A stretch of 54,331 bases of DNA from Actinobacteria bacterium UBA7524 (lineage in GTDB: Bacteria > Actinomycetota > Coriobacteriia > Anaerosomatales > UBA912): the NCBI GenBank assembly GCA_002478275.1, contig DLMY01000020.1:77727-132057 (forward strand), in the 5' to 3' direction. Below, one piece after another: positions 29,922 through 38,211 of this stretch; the stretch's first letter is position 1; each line of letters starts with the position of its first letter. Position numbers and translations under genes: made by a program. The notes under the pieces were generated by a model. The model ran no database searches, was not told where the DNA came from, and saw only the letters and a program-made list of their open reading frames with translations.

Positions 29922-30839
29922 ATGCAGGCCTTTCCCACACAGCGTAAGCGCAACTTCGCAGCCATCGCGGTAGCGGTGCTGCTAGTGCTGCTCGCCATGG
30001 GTGGACTCGCCGCGGCGGTCGTGTGGGTCGGAGGCATCGATGAGGTCCTGGAGATCGTTGGTATCGCGATGCCGGATGACCGCGAACCGCTTGCATCAAC
30101 GCCACGCCCACGGCCGGATGCTTCGCTCGAGGCGACCACGACCCGACCTGACTTGAGTGCCGAGGACCTCGAACCCACGGCTACTCCACCCGCCGCTCAG
30201 GAACCGACGCCGACCACCACGACGCGTCCTGCCGGCACGGCCAGCCAGCCGTCTTCGGGTTCGAGTGGCGGCGGGACCGCTCCGGCCACACCGGGCAGCA
30301 TCGGCGTCTCCCAGTCGGGTGTCAGCCAGGCGCAGGCTGCCATGTACCGCGAGCAGCTGCAGTCGCAGGGCCAGATCGTGAAACTCGTGGAAAACGACAT
30401 CTCGGCCGTGACGATCGGTCGTGCTTCGGGCACATCCACCCGGACGACCATACCGCTGACGGTGTCCTATCGCAGCGGAGGTTCACTCTCCGGCTCGATG
30501 GTGCTCACCAACATCGGCGGCAAGTGGTACTTCTCGAGCATCAGCGCCGGTGGGGATTCGACTCCCGCCAAGCCCAGGACGGTCGATTCGGGTGTGGTGA
30601 GCGTGATCTCAAGCCAACAGGCCGAGGAAGGCAATCAGACGCTCATCAAAGACGGCCTCATCAACGGCGGTTTCGTGACAGCGCGCGTCGATGGGGTTGC
30701 CGCGGGCTCAGGTACGGCGACACTCAACATCACGCTACTTGGCGGCAGCATGGACCGCAAAGCCGCGCGCCTCGTGATGATCAGCAAGGAAGACAGCGGC
30801 CGCAAGTACTGGTTCATCACCCGCTTCGAGCTGAAGTAG
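29922..30839 (+). CDS. Membrane-anchored protein with P/T/S linker and tandem NTF2-like domains (paralog A)
   Basis: ATG 29922 after AGAGGA; N-terminal TM; domains ending GGKWYF and RKYWFITRF; fold assignment by pattern only. Confidence 0.75.
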   Translation: MQAFPTQRKRNFAAIAVAVLLVLLAMGGLAAAVVWVGGIDEVLEIVGIAMPDDREPLASTPRPRPDASLEATTTRPDLSAEDLEPTATPPAAQEPTPTTTTRPAGTASQPSSGSSGGGTAPATPGSIGVSQSGVSQAQAAMYREQLQSQGQIVKLVENDISAVTIGRASGTSTRTTIPLTVSYRSGGSLSGSMVLTNIGGKWYFSSISAGGDSTPAKPRTVDSGVVSVISSQQAEEGNQTLIKDGLINGGFVTARVDGVAAGSGTATLNITLLGGSMDRKAARLVMISKEDSGRKYWFITRFELK

Positions 30840-30852
30840 GGGAGCGTCAGGG

Positions 30853-31668
30853 TTAGGGTCCGAGACCGCGCTGCGACAACACGTCGAGCACTGTGTCGCG
30901 CTCGAGCATCCAGCGGTCGGTATCCCGCTCCAAGAAGCGCTCGACATCGGTCAGCACATGGTCCCATGGCGCTGTTTCCAGCCGCTTGCGCAGCGCGGCC
31001 TTCCATGCGCCGTCGACGCCCAGCTCGGCGCGGTTCGATTGGGCGAATATACCCGCCAGCAACTCTTCGTTGGGTGGGGGCCAGTCCGGGTCGCTCAGGT
31101 ACCAGACCAGGTCGTAGACGTCCCGGCCTTTGATCCACTCTCTGAACAGCAGAGCGCTGATCTTGCCTGCCAGAAGCGACGCGCGGTCGTGGTGTGCGAG
31201 ACGCAGGGTCACGTGTCTGCGCACGGTCGTCATCTCGACGCGAGCGCCCGGTGGTGGGTTCGTGTCGACTTCGACCTTCACCGAGAAGGTTTTGTCGACA
31301 TGAGGACTCAGGCCCAGCTCGTGTTCGAGTCCTACGAATCGCACGAAAGCCTTGTTCACCGTCGTCTTGGTCCCAACCTTCAGGGCGACATCGTACCCTT
31401 CACGTACGAATCTCGCGCGCATCGACTCCAGAAGTCCGGCGAAGTCGAAGCTGTCGCCGCCCGACTCCAAGGTGAAGTCCAGGTCCTCGGAGAACCGCGG
31501 GATCGAGTACAGGAAGCGAAGCGCCGTACCGCCCATGAACGCCAGCGACGTCCATGCGCCGCGTTCCTGCATTACCTCAAGGACTCTGGCCTGGAGGTAC
31601 TCGCGCATGACGTTCGTGGCAGTATGCCGAGGAGAACGCGCCACGATCGTAGTCAGATACTCCTTCAC
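30853..31668 (-). CDS. abiEii: Type IV TA toxin, AbiEii/DUF1814 nucleotidyltransferase
   Basis: FMGGTALR, RFSEDLDF, KISAL, KGRDVYDL. Confidence 0.92.
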   Translation of the reverse strand: MKEYLTTIVARSPRHTATNVMREYLQARVLEVMQERGAWTSLAFMGGTALRFLYSIPRFSEDLDFTLESGGDSFDFAGLLESMRARFVREGYDVALKVGTKTTVNKAFVRFVGLEHELGLSPHVDKTFSVKVEVDTNPPPGARVEMTTVRRHVTLRLAHHDRASLLAGKISALLFREWIKGRDVYDLVWYLSDPDWPPPNEELLAGIFAQSNRAELGVDGAWKAALRKRLETAPWDHVLTDVERFLERDTDRWMLERDTVLDVLSQRGLGP

Positions 31669-32303
31669 AGCGCCTCGTACTCCTCTCGTTCGGTCCGTGC
31701 GAGCGCAGCGACTCGTCTCGCGAACAACTCCACCTTCCGACTCGAGAATCGCTGTGCGTAGTCATGAAGGCGTTGCATGTCTAGTATCTCCAGGTGCTGC
31801 AAACGCAGTTCGGCCACGAATCCGGCACTACTCGACCCCGGGCGAAGGTACGCCAGGTCGAGAAGCGCCTTTTCGGGAGTAGCCACGAACACCGTCCTGT
31901 CGCCGATGTCGACCGGTTCGTAGCCCCAGAGTAGCGACTCCTTGATATGTTGATACACGAACGTTCCAAACAGAGTCTTTCTAGAACCTTGCTTTCCGGT
32001 GGTGACGGCCGTGATGACGTAGACGGCCTCGGGGATCAGCCCGCGATCCGCAAGCAGTGTCTCGAGGCTTACGTACGAGCCGGGGACAAGCGCGTTGGAG
32101 ATCTCATAGGGATGTGGCTCGACGCGGCGATAGAGGTCTGAGAGCGTGTAGAGTCCGCGCTTGAGCTGGATGACGACACCGTCTGCCACCCACCGCGAGA
32201 GCTGCTTTCGAAGATAGCGGAGATCGTCGCCCGGAGACAGCAGCATTCCGCTCGTGAACAGCGGTTCGTCACGCACGAGAGCGATGAGTTCGTTCTTGGT
32301 CAT
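31665..32303 (-). CDS. abiEi: Type IV TA antitoxin, AbiEi-like transcriptional regulator
   Basis: wHTH LSRWVADG..LKRGLY; SYVSLETLL..GLIPE; ATPEKALLD; 4-nt overlap with abiEii. Confidence 0.9.
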   Translation of the reverse strand: MTKNELIALVRDEPLFTSGMLLSPGDDLRYLRKQLSRWVADGVVIQLKRGLYTLSDLYRRVEPHPYEISNALVPGSYVSLETLLADRGLIPEAVYVITAVTTGKQGSRKTLFGTFVYQHIKESLLWGYEPVDIGDRTVFVATPEKALLDLAYLRPGSSSAGFVAELRLQHLEILDMQRLHDYAQRFSSRKVELFARRVAALARTEREEYEAL

Positions 32304-32338
32304 GGCGATAAGTTACCATACGTGGGTACTTAACGCCA
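32303..32338. promoter_or_regulatory. Inverted-repeat operator overlapping a leaderless extended -10 promoter of abiEi
   Basis: 16-bp arms TGGCGATAAGTTACCA / TGGGTACTTAACGCCA (13/16 match), 4-nt spacer; minus strand reads TGg-TAACTT-atcgcc-ATG with no SD. Confidence 0.7.
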
Positions 32339-32344
32339 CGAAAG

Positions 32345-32770
32345 CTACCCCCCTAACACTCTCACATGCGCCCCGACACCCGCCTCGCGCGTCCGCTTCG
32401 CCAGTCGTCGATCGCCCGTGACCAGCTCGCAGTCCAGTTCGAGCGCCAGCGCCAGGCAGAAGCAATCGTATGTGGAGTGCCTAAGGGCGCTGGCCAGCGC
32501 GAAGGCCTGGCAGTCGAGCTGTCGTGCCGACGTCAGCAGCACCGGCAGGGCACGAGCCTCATGCAGCTTGGTCTGTGCCTCGCTATCCGTGAGATCACCG
32601 CGGACGACGCGCATCCGCAGTGCAGAGACGACCTCATACGGCAACAAGTCCGGAGCGTGTATCTCAGACGCTGACGCCAGCAGTGCACACGCTTCGTCGG
32701 TGTGGACTTCCGGCAGCATCGCGGCGAGTACCGCAGAAGCGTCGGCGACGATCCGTAAGCCCGAACTCAT
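32345..32770 (-). CDS. vapC: PIN-domain (VapC) toxin
   Basis: VADAS, YEV, TYDC, LVTGDRRL: four acidic PIN residues present. Confidence 0.9.
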   Translation of the reverse strand: MSSGLRIVADASAVLAAMLPEVHTDEACALLASASEIHAPDLLPYEVVSALRMRVVRGDLTDSEAQTKLHEARALPVLLTSARQLDCQAFALASALRHSTYDCFCLALALELDCELVTGDRRLAKRTREAGVGAHVRVLGG

Positions 32771-32880
32771 CGCGTACGGGAGTCCTGATCGCGCTCCCCA
32801 CCGTCTCTCAGGCCGCGCACTACATCTGCCGAGGAATCCGCCAGCACCCCCCGTCGCTCACGGATGGCTTCCCGGCTCAA
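32767..32880 (-). pseudogene. Antitoxin C-terminal remnant, or a minimal 37-aa antitoxin
   Basis: LSREAIRERRGVLADSSADVVRGLRDGGERD..; stop overlaps vapC ATG (ATGA); resembles VapB/FitA DSxxxxRxxR tails; no DNA-binding N-terminus seen. Confidence 0.55.
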
Positions 32881-32903
32881 TCCGACCTGGTGAAGCCTTC
32901 GCG

Positions 32904-32933
32904 TTGGAATCCCCAGGCTGGAAGCTCTATAAT
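32904..32933 (+). promoter_or_regulatory. Sigma70 promoter for paralog B and probably the polysaccharide operon
   Basis: TTGGAA-N18-TATAAT. Confidence 0.6.
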
Positions 32934-32998
32934 GGTCAGGTGCATCACAGCCGATGACCTCAATATGGTCCGGCGCACGGGATTGGCGGTCGTAGTCG

Positions 32999-33862
32999 AT
33001 GGTCAAGCAGCAGAGCAATCCCAAGCGCGCAAAGATTCTCGCGCTCATCTTCCTTATTCTCGCTATTGCCGCGTTCACTGCGGCATTCTACCTGCTTGAC
33101 GGCATGTCCCTGGTCAACGACCTCATCGCCCAATTCGCACCCGCCGAGGAACCCGTCATCCCTCCCATTGCGCCTCCGGTGACTACCGAGACTCCCGAGC
33201 CGGAGGAACCCGAGCCAGAACCTGAGCCAGAACCTGAGCCGGACGTTACCGTCTTGCGGTTGCCCGAAGGCATGAGCGAAGAGTTCGCCCTGCGCATCTG
33301 GCAAGAGCAGATGGATTCGCAGACCAACATCGGAAGACTGGTTGATGGCGATGTGGTGAATCTTTCCATCAGCGATGTCAAGCGCGAAGGAAACGAGGCG
33401 AGGCTCGCGGTGTCCGCCAAGTTTTCCGATGGAACTTCTGCGCCGGGCGTGCTGGGGATGCGTAGGATTGGGGAGCAGTGGTACTTTGCCTACGTGGAAG
33501 GCATGCGTCGTGCTGGCGTCACCGGGATGGCGGGTTCCGTCGCGGCGGGGGCTGGCGAGCCTCCGACCGGCAGACCGTTACCCTCGATCGACGAGATCGA
33601 TATCCCGCTTCTCAACACGATCCTCGACCAGCAGGGTGAGAGTTCTGACGTGTTAGCGGAGTATGCGGACGGCAACATCAAAAACGTGCGCATAGAAGGC
33701 AGGGCGCCCGGCGTCGGTTCGATGACGCTTCGCATAGAGATGGACGAAGTCGATCACGACCATATTGGCTTCGGCGATATTGTCATTGTCACCAAGGAAG
33801 TCCAGGGTCGAGAGGTATGGTTCATAGCGCGGTTCACGAAGCTGGGCGAGAGGCCTGCGTGA
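32999..33862 (+). CDS. Membrane-anchored protein with (EP)n linker and tandem NTF2-like domains (paralog B)
   Basis: N-terminal TM; colinear similarity to 29922-30839. Confidence 0.8.
   Translation: MVKQQSNPKRAKILALIFLILAIAAFTAAFYLLDGMSLVNDLIAQFAPAEEPVIPPIAPPVTTETPEPEEPEPEPEPEPEPDVTVLRLPEGMSEEFALRIWQEQMDSQTNIGRLVDGDVVNLSISDVKREGNEARLAVSAKFSDGTSAPGVLGMRRIGEQWYFAYVEGMRRAGVTGMAGSVAAGAGEPPTGRPLPSIDEIDIPLLNTILDQQGESSDVLAEYADGNIKNVRIEGRAPGVGSMTLRIEMDEVDHDHIGFGDIVIVTKEVQGREVWFIARFTKLGERPA
33194..33241 (+). repeat. Short coding tandem repeat (GAGCCAGAACCT units) encoding the EPEP linker
   Basis: gagccagaacct x2 plus degenerate copies. Confidence 0.7.
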
Positions 33863-33906
33863 CCGGGTAGCAGACTGGAAGACTCCTAGACGAAGCGGAG
33901 ATATGG

Positions 33907-35691
33907 ATGGAGCTGCGGGATTATCTTAACGTCATAGTAGGGCGTCGGTGGCTGATTATTCAGGCTACATTCGTCGTTGCTATGACTGCGCTGACGGTGA
34001 GTCTGGTTCTTCCAAAGACCTACTCTGGTGAGGCCAAGGTCTTGATCTCTGAGAAAGACACAGGCGCAGCTATCTTCGGGACAGTCCTGCCTGAGTTCTC
34101 TAGTCAGCCAGAGCGTGGAATTCAAACTCAGGTTCGCCTGATGCAGATCAGGCCGTTGGCGGAGACGACGGTAAGGGAACTTGGGCTTGAGTCGACCCCT
34201 GCAGAGCTGATGTCCCGGCTACAAGTCTCGGCCACTGCGGACGCCAACCTCGTGATCGTCCGCGCTCAGGCGGACGATCCAGAAATGGCTGCCGCCATCG
34301 CTAATGCGATCGCTGAAGCGTATGTCGAATGGTCGCGTGACGTGAAACGCGAGAGTCTGCGTTCGGCTGCAAACGAAGTCGAGACGAGACTGAATCAGGT
34401 TGAAGCAGAGATTCTGGAAATCGGTGAGCGCCTGGAGGCCCGGGGCAGTAGTGACAGATTCGCAGTGGAGCTACGTTTATTGACTGACAGTTACGCAACG
34501 CTCGCTGAGAAGCTGGAGCAACTCAGGATAAACGAAGAGCTTGAGGTCGGTTCGGGTCGAGTAGTCGAAGTGGCGATCGCGAACCCAAGTCCTGTCGCTC
34601 CGGACATCCGGCGGAACACCATCATCGGACTTGCGATGGGACTCGCATTCGGAATAGGCATGGCGTTTCTGTACGAATACCTGGACAACACGATCAAGAC
34701 GTCGGAGACTGCTGCGCGGGTATTCGGCGCACCAGTCATCGGGACGATTCCCCTTGCGAAGGGAGAAAAGGGTCTGCGCAGCCTTGCCATTGTCGACAAA
34801 CCCGGTTCGGCAACAGCAGAGTCGTACCGGGTACTGCGAAACTCGTTGGATTTCATCAACTTCGAACGGGATCTCAAGACGCTGATAGTGACTTCTGCGG
34901 CACCGGGTGAAGGGAAGTCCACTGTGGCGGCCAACCTGGCTATGTCGCTTTCTCAGACCGGCAAGAAGGTCGTTCTTGTGGCAAGTGATTTTCGGAGATC
35001 CACGGTGGAGGACTTCTTCTCGGTCAACAATCTGATCGGGCTTTCAGATGTACTTCTCGGGACACATAGTCTGAAAGCCGCATTGCAGCGTCCAGGGAGT
35101 GAATCCCTGCTGGTGCTCGCACCCGGCAAGCTGCCGCCAAACCCTTCCGAGTTGCTTGGATCGGGCAGGATGGAGGCGGTGCTGCGGGAGCTCAAGGAGT
35201 GGGCAGACTGGATAATCATCGACACGCCACCGCTGTTGGCAGTTGCTGATCCAGCCACATTGGCTCGTTGGGCCGATGGTGTGCTCATGGTGATGCAGGC
35301 AGGTCGCTCGACCAAAGATGCAGGTAAGCGTGCGGTCGAACTCTTGGTGAACGTCGGTGCCAGAATCATCGGTGCGGTGGTATGGGGACTTCCGGAGTCG
35401 GGTAGCACGGGTTACGGGTACTTCGTGGATCAGTACTATTACAGTGAGTACTACTCGACTGCGGCTCGCGCTGCGAAGAAGCGACACAAGACTGGCGATC
35501 ATGGATCCGGTGAAGCGCTGGACACTGTATACATGCCTGTCGTTTCGCCAGGCCGCAGGTTCTTGTCTTTCATCGGCAAGCTGTTCAGCGGGCTGCTAGC
35601 GTTTCTCATCGTGCTTGTTATCGCACTTGCTACCCTCTACTTCCTTGATCAGTACTTCGCCTGGGGTCTTGCGAATCTCATTCCGTACTGA
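33907..35691 (+). CDS. wzc: Polysaccharide co-polymerase / tyrosine autokinase (Wzc-like) with extra C-terminal TM
   Basis: MELRDYL Wzz N-terminus; AESYRVLR; SAAPGEGKST; IIIDTPP; Tyr cluster YGYFVDQYYYSEYY. Confidence 0.93.
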   Translation: MELRDYLNVIVGRRWLIIQATFVVAMTALTVSLVLPKTYSGEAKVLISEKDTGAAIFGTVLPEFSSQPERGIQTQVRLMQIRPLAETTVRELGLESTPAELMSRLQVSATADANLVIVRAQADDPEMAAAIANAIAEAYVEWSRDVKRESLRSAANEVETRLNQVEAEILEIGERLEARGSSDRFAVELRLLTDSYATLAEKLEQLRINEELEVGSGRVVEVAIANPSPVAPDIRRNTIIGLAMGLAFGIGMAFLYEYLDNTIKTSETAARVFGAPVIGTIPLAKGEKGLRSLAIVDKPGSATAESYRVLRNSLDFINFERDLKTLIVTSAAPGEGKSTVAANLAMSLSQTGKKVVLVASDFRRSTVEDFFSVNNLIGLSDVLLGTHSLKAALQRPGSESLLVLAPGKLPPNPSELLGSGRMEAVLRELKEWADWIIIDTPPLLAVADPATLARWADGVLMVMQAGRSTKDAGKRAVELLVNVGARIIGAVVWGLPESGSTGYGYFVDQYYYSEYYSTAARAAKKRHKTGDHGSGEALDTVYMPVVSPGRRFLSFIGKLFSGLLAFLIVLVIALATLYFLDQYFAWGLANLIPY

Positions 35692-35707
35692 TTGGAACTA
35701 GGTATGG

Positions 35708-36685
35708 TTGGCTGACGTGACTGACAACACACCGAGGTATTCCGTCATCATGCCTGCTTACAATGCGTCAACGACGATTGTGAGCTCGATTGAATCTGTG
35801 ATCGCACAGACGATTCCAGAATGGGAATTGATTGTCGTTGACGACGGGTCCCAGGACGACACTGCGCGGATAGTCGAAGCGTACGCCGACAAGGATGCAC
35901 GCATCCGTGTGTACTCTCAAGCGAATCAGGGTGCTGGTGCAGCTAGGAACTCTGCGATCAGAGCTGCCCACGCTGAGCATGTGATTCTGCTCGATTCTGA
36001 CGATCTGTTGGTGCCTGAGTACATGAGTAGGATGACAGCGTTTCGGCACCGCTATCCCGGATATGACATCTACTCGTGCCACGCGTTCACGTTTGATGAA
36101 AAGGGGCCAACGGGGGTGTTCCAGGGTCGACGGAATCTGTGCACCCCGTATGAGGTGACCGCGTCGGATATGCTCGGAGGCAATCAGATCTACGTCAGTG
36201 CCGTCGTTCGGCGAGACGCTGTGCTTGGGATAGGGGGATTTCGCCCTGAACGCTACGCGGAAGACTATGACCTATGGGTCAGGCTTCTGGTTTCAGGCGC
36301 ACGGCATCTCGCTAACCCACAGGAACTTGGGGGTTATAACCTGTGTGGCGGCAAGTCTGCTGACCGATCTCGTGAACTGCGGAGTGCGAGCGATACATGG
36401 TTGGAGGTTCTCTCATCGCGTGATCCCGGCGTGCCGGAGAGGGATTCGATTCGTCAAGCCGTTCAACGATTCGAGGCAATGGCAGCACGATGGAGTGCGG
36501 AACATGCAGCCGAGATGGGGGAGTACGGTCCTATCAGAAGACTGGATCGGCGGGCAAGGGGAGCGTATCGCAATGGCGTGACATTCTGGTCCGCGAGGCT
36601 GCTTGCTTCCGTGGCCCCCTGGGCGTACATGTCTCTTGTCCACAGGGCGCGTGCCCGCGGATCCTGTAGGGGAACCGGGCCATAG
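35708..36685 (+). CDS. Glycosyltransferase family 2
   Basis: SVIMPAYNA, IVVDDGSQD, GAGAARN, LDSDD, EDYDLW. Confidence 0.93.
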   Translation: MADVTDNTPRYSVIMPAYNASTTIVSSIESVIAQTIPEWELIVVDDGSQDDTARIVEAYADKDARIRVYSQANQGAGAARNSAIRAAHAEHVILLDSDDLLVPEYMSRMTAFRHRYPGYDIYSCHAFTFDEKGPTGVFQGRRNLCTPYEVTASDMLGGNQIYVSAVVRRDAVLGIGGFRPERYAEDYDLWVRLLVSGARHLANPQELGGYNLCGGKSADRSRELRSASDTWLEVLSSRDPGVPERDSIRQAVQRFEAMAARWSAEHAAEMGEYGPIRRLDRRARGAYRNGVTFWSARLLASVAPWAYMSLVHRARARGSCRGTGP

Positions 36686-38211
36686 TGTCGGCGAAGACTC
36701 TCAGACAGTTCGGAATCAACGTCTGGTCCAACGGCGTGCTTCTTGCGCTCAAGATGGGTGTCGGACTGTGGTTCACACCATACCTGATTAAGCACCTTGG
36801 GGTTGGCGTCTACGGACTGATTCCTCTTGCGAACTCGGTCGCTGCATATATGAGCGTGCTTGAGATATCTGTTCGAGGAGCACTGGGAAAGGAACTCAGC
36901 GCATCCGTAGCCTTGCGGGATGACGTTGAGATGAGCAGGGTGTATAACACTGCTCTGTGGGCATCCATCATGCTCGCGCTCGTCCTGCTGCCCCTTGCTG
37001 TGGGCGTTTCTTTCTTGGCGCCGGCCATCTTCGACGTTCCGCTGGGCAGTGAGGACTCCGCTCGACTGCTTTTCGGCACCGTTCTGGTCATGTATCTGGT
37101 CGGGATGGTTCGCAGCATCATGACCACCGTGCCGTTCTCCTCGAATTGCTTCGAATACCTCAGCGTCACTTCGGTCAGCGAGATCGTGATTCGGCTGTCC
37201 ACCGTCGTCCTACTCTTCTCGCTCGTGAGTGCGCGGCTCGACTGGGTTTCGGCGTCTCTTGTTGTGAGCGGTGTCATGGCAACGGCCATCGCGGCGGGTA
37301 TCAACAGACGCCTACTACCACGATTGCGGTTGTCGTTTCGGGCGTTCTCACGTCAGCTTCTGCGGCGAATGTGGGGGCTGAGCAGCTGGATGATGGTCAA
37401 TCAGATGGGCTCGCTGCTCTTTCTCTCGGTTGACGTGATAATCGTTAATCTGGTTCTTGGTTCTGAGGCGTCTGGCCGGTATGGTGCACTTCTGGTGTGG
37501 TCGACGTTTCTGCGCTCGCTTGCGGCGGCGGTCTCCAATGCAGTGACCCCTGTTGTCTTGCAGCGCCAGGCCCTCAAGCGTGACGCAGACATATCGAGGA
37601 TCGCCACTGATGCAATCAAGCTGCTCGGCGCTGCCATGGCGGTGTTAGTAGGATTGCTTGTCGGATTCGCCCCGCAGGTTCTGCGGGTGTGGCTCGGACC
37701 GGAGTATGAGGGACTCGCGGTCATACTGATCGTCCAGGTGATGCACCTGGCGGTCAATCTCGCCGTGATCCCACTGTTCTCAGTCCAGCTTGCCCGCGGA
37801 AAGGTCCGAACTCCCGGGCTCGTGACGCTTGGATCAGGCGTGCTCAATGCTGGACTGGCATGGTTCATGGCGCCCTTGGGTAGCTGGGGTCTGGGCGTCG
37901 CCCTCGCGGGAGCGATCGTCTTGACGGCGAAGAACGTTGGGTTCACCGCGATATACACTGCAACGATCCAGAATCTCAATCGCTTCACATATGTGAGAGC
38001 TTTGTGGGTTCCGCTTGCTTCGCTCGTCATCACGGCGGGTCTGTCGCTGTTGTCCGTATTCGTCACCGAACCGTCGAACTGGGGTGTCTTGATACTTCAA
38101 GGACTTCTGCTAGGCAGTACGGCGTCTGCGATAGTGTATTTTCTGATCTTGAATTCTACGCAGCGAAGGATTGTGCGTGCCGTTCTTCCCCTGGGGGGCA
38201 GTTCTCAGTGA
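36685..38211 (+). CDS. wzx: Polysaccharide flippase (Wzx/MOP family)
   Basis: 12-14 TM segments; TPYLIKHLG..YG; DVIIVNLVLG..GRYG. Confidence 0.88.
   Translation: MSAKTLRQFGINVWSNGVLLALKMGVGLWFTPYLIKHLGVGVYGLIPLANSVAAYMSVLEISVRGALGKELSASVALRDDVEMSRVYNTALWASIMLALVLLPLAVGVSFLAPAIFDVPLGSEDSARLLFGTVLVMYLVGMVRSIMTTVPFSSNCFEYLSVTSVSEIVIRLSTVVLLFSLVSARLDWVSASLVVSGVMATAIAAGINRRLLPRLRLSFRAFSRQLLRRMWGLSSWMMVNQMGSLLFLSVDVIIVNLVLGSEASGRYGALLVWSTFLRSLAAAVSNAVTPVVLQRQALKRDADISRIATDAIKLLGAAMAVLVGLLVGFAPQVLRVWLGPEYEGLAVILIVQVMHLAVNLAVIPLFSVQLARGKVRTPGLVTLGSGVLNAGLAWFMAPLGSWGLGVALAGAIVLTAKNVGFTAIYTATIQNLNRFTYVRALWVPLASLVITAGLSLLSVFVTEPSNWGVLILQGLLLGSTASAIVYFLILNSTQRRIVRAVLPLGGSSQ

Noticed and set aside
33863..33880. 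CCGGGTAG-ca-GACTGGAA, similar to the tRNA-Asn T-arm region, as a possible att scar
   Set aside because: Short gapped match on the wrong side of the tRNA for a 3'-end integration; no integrase.
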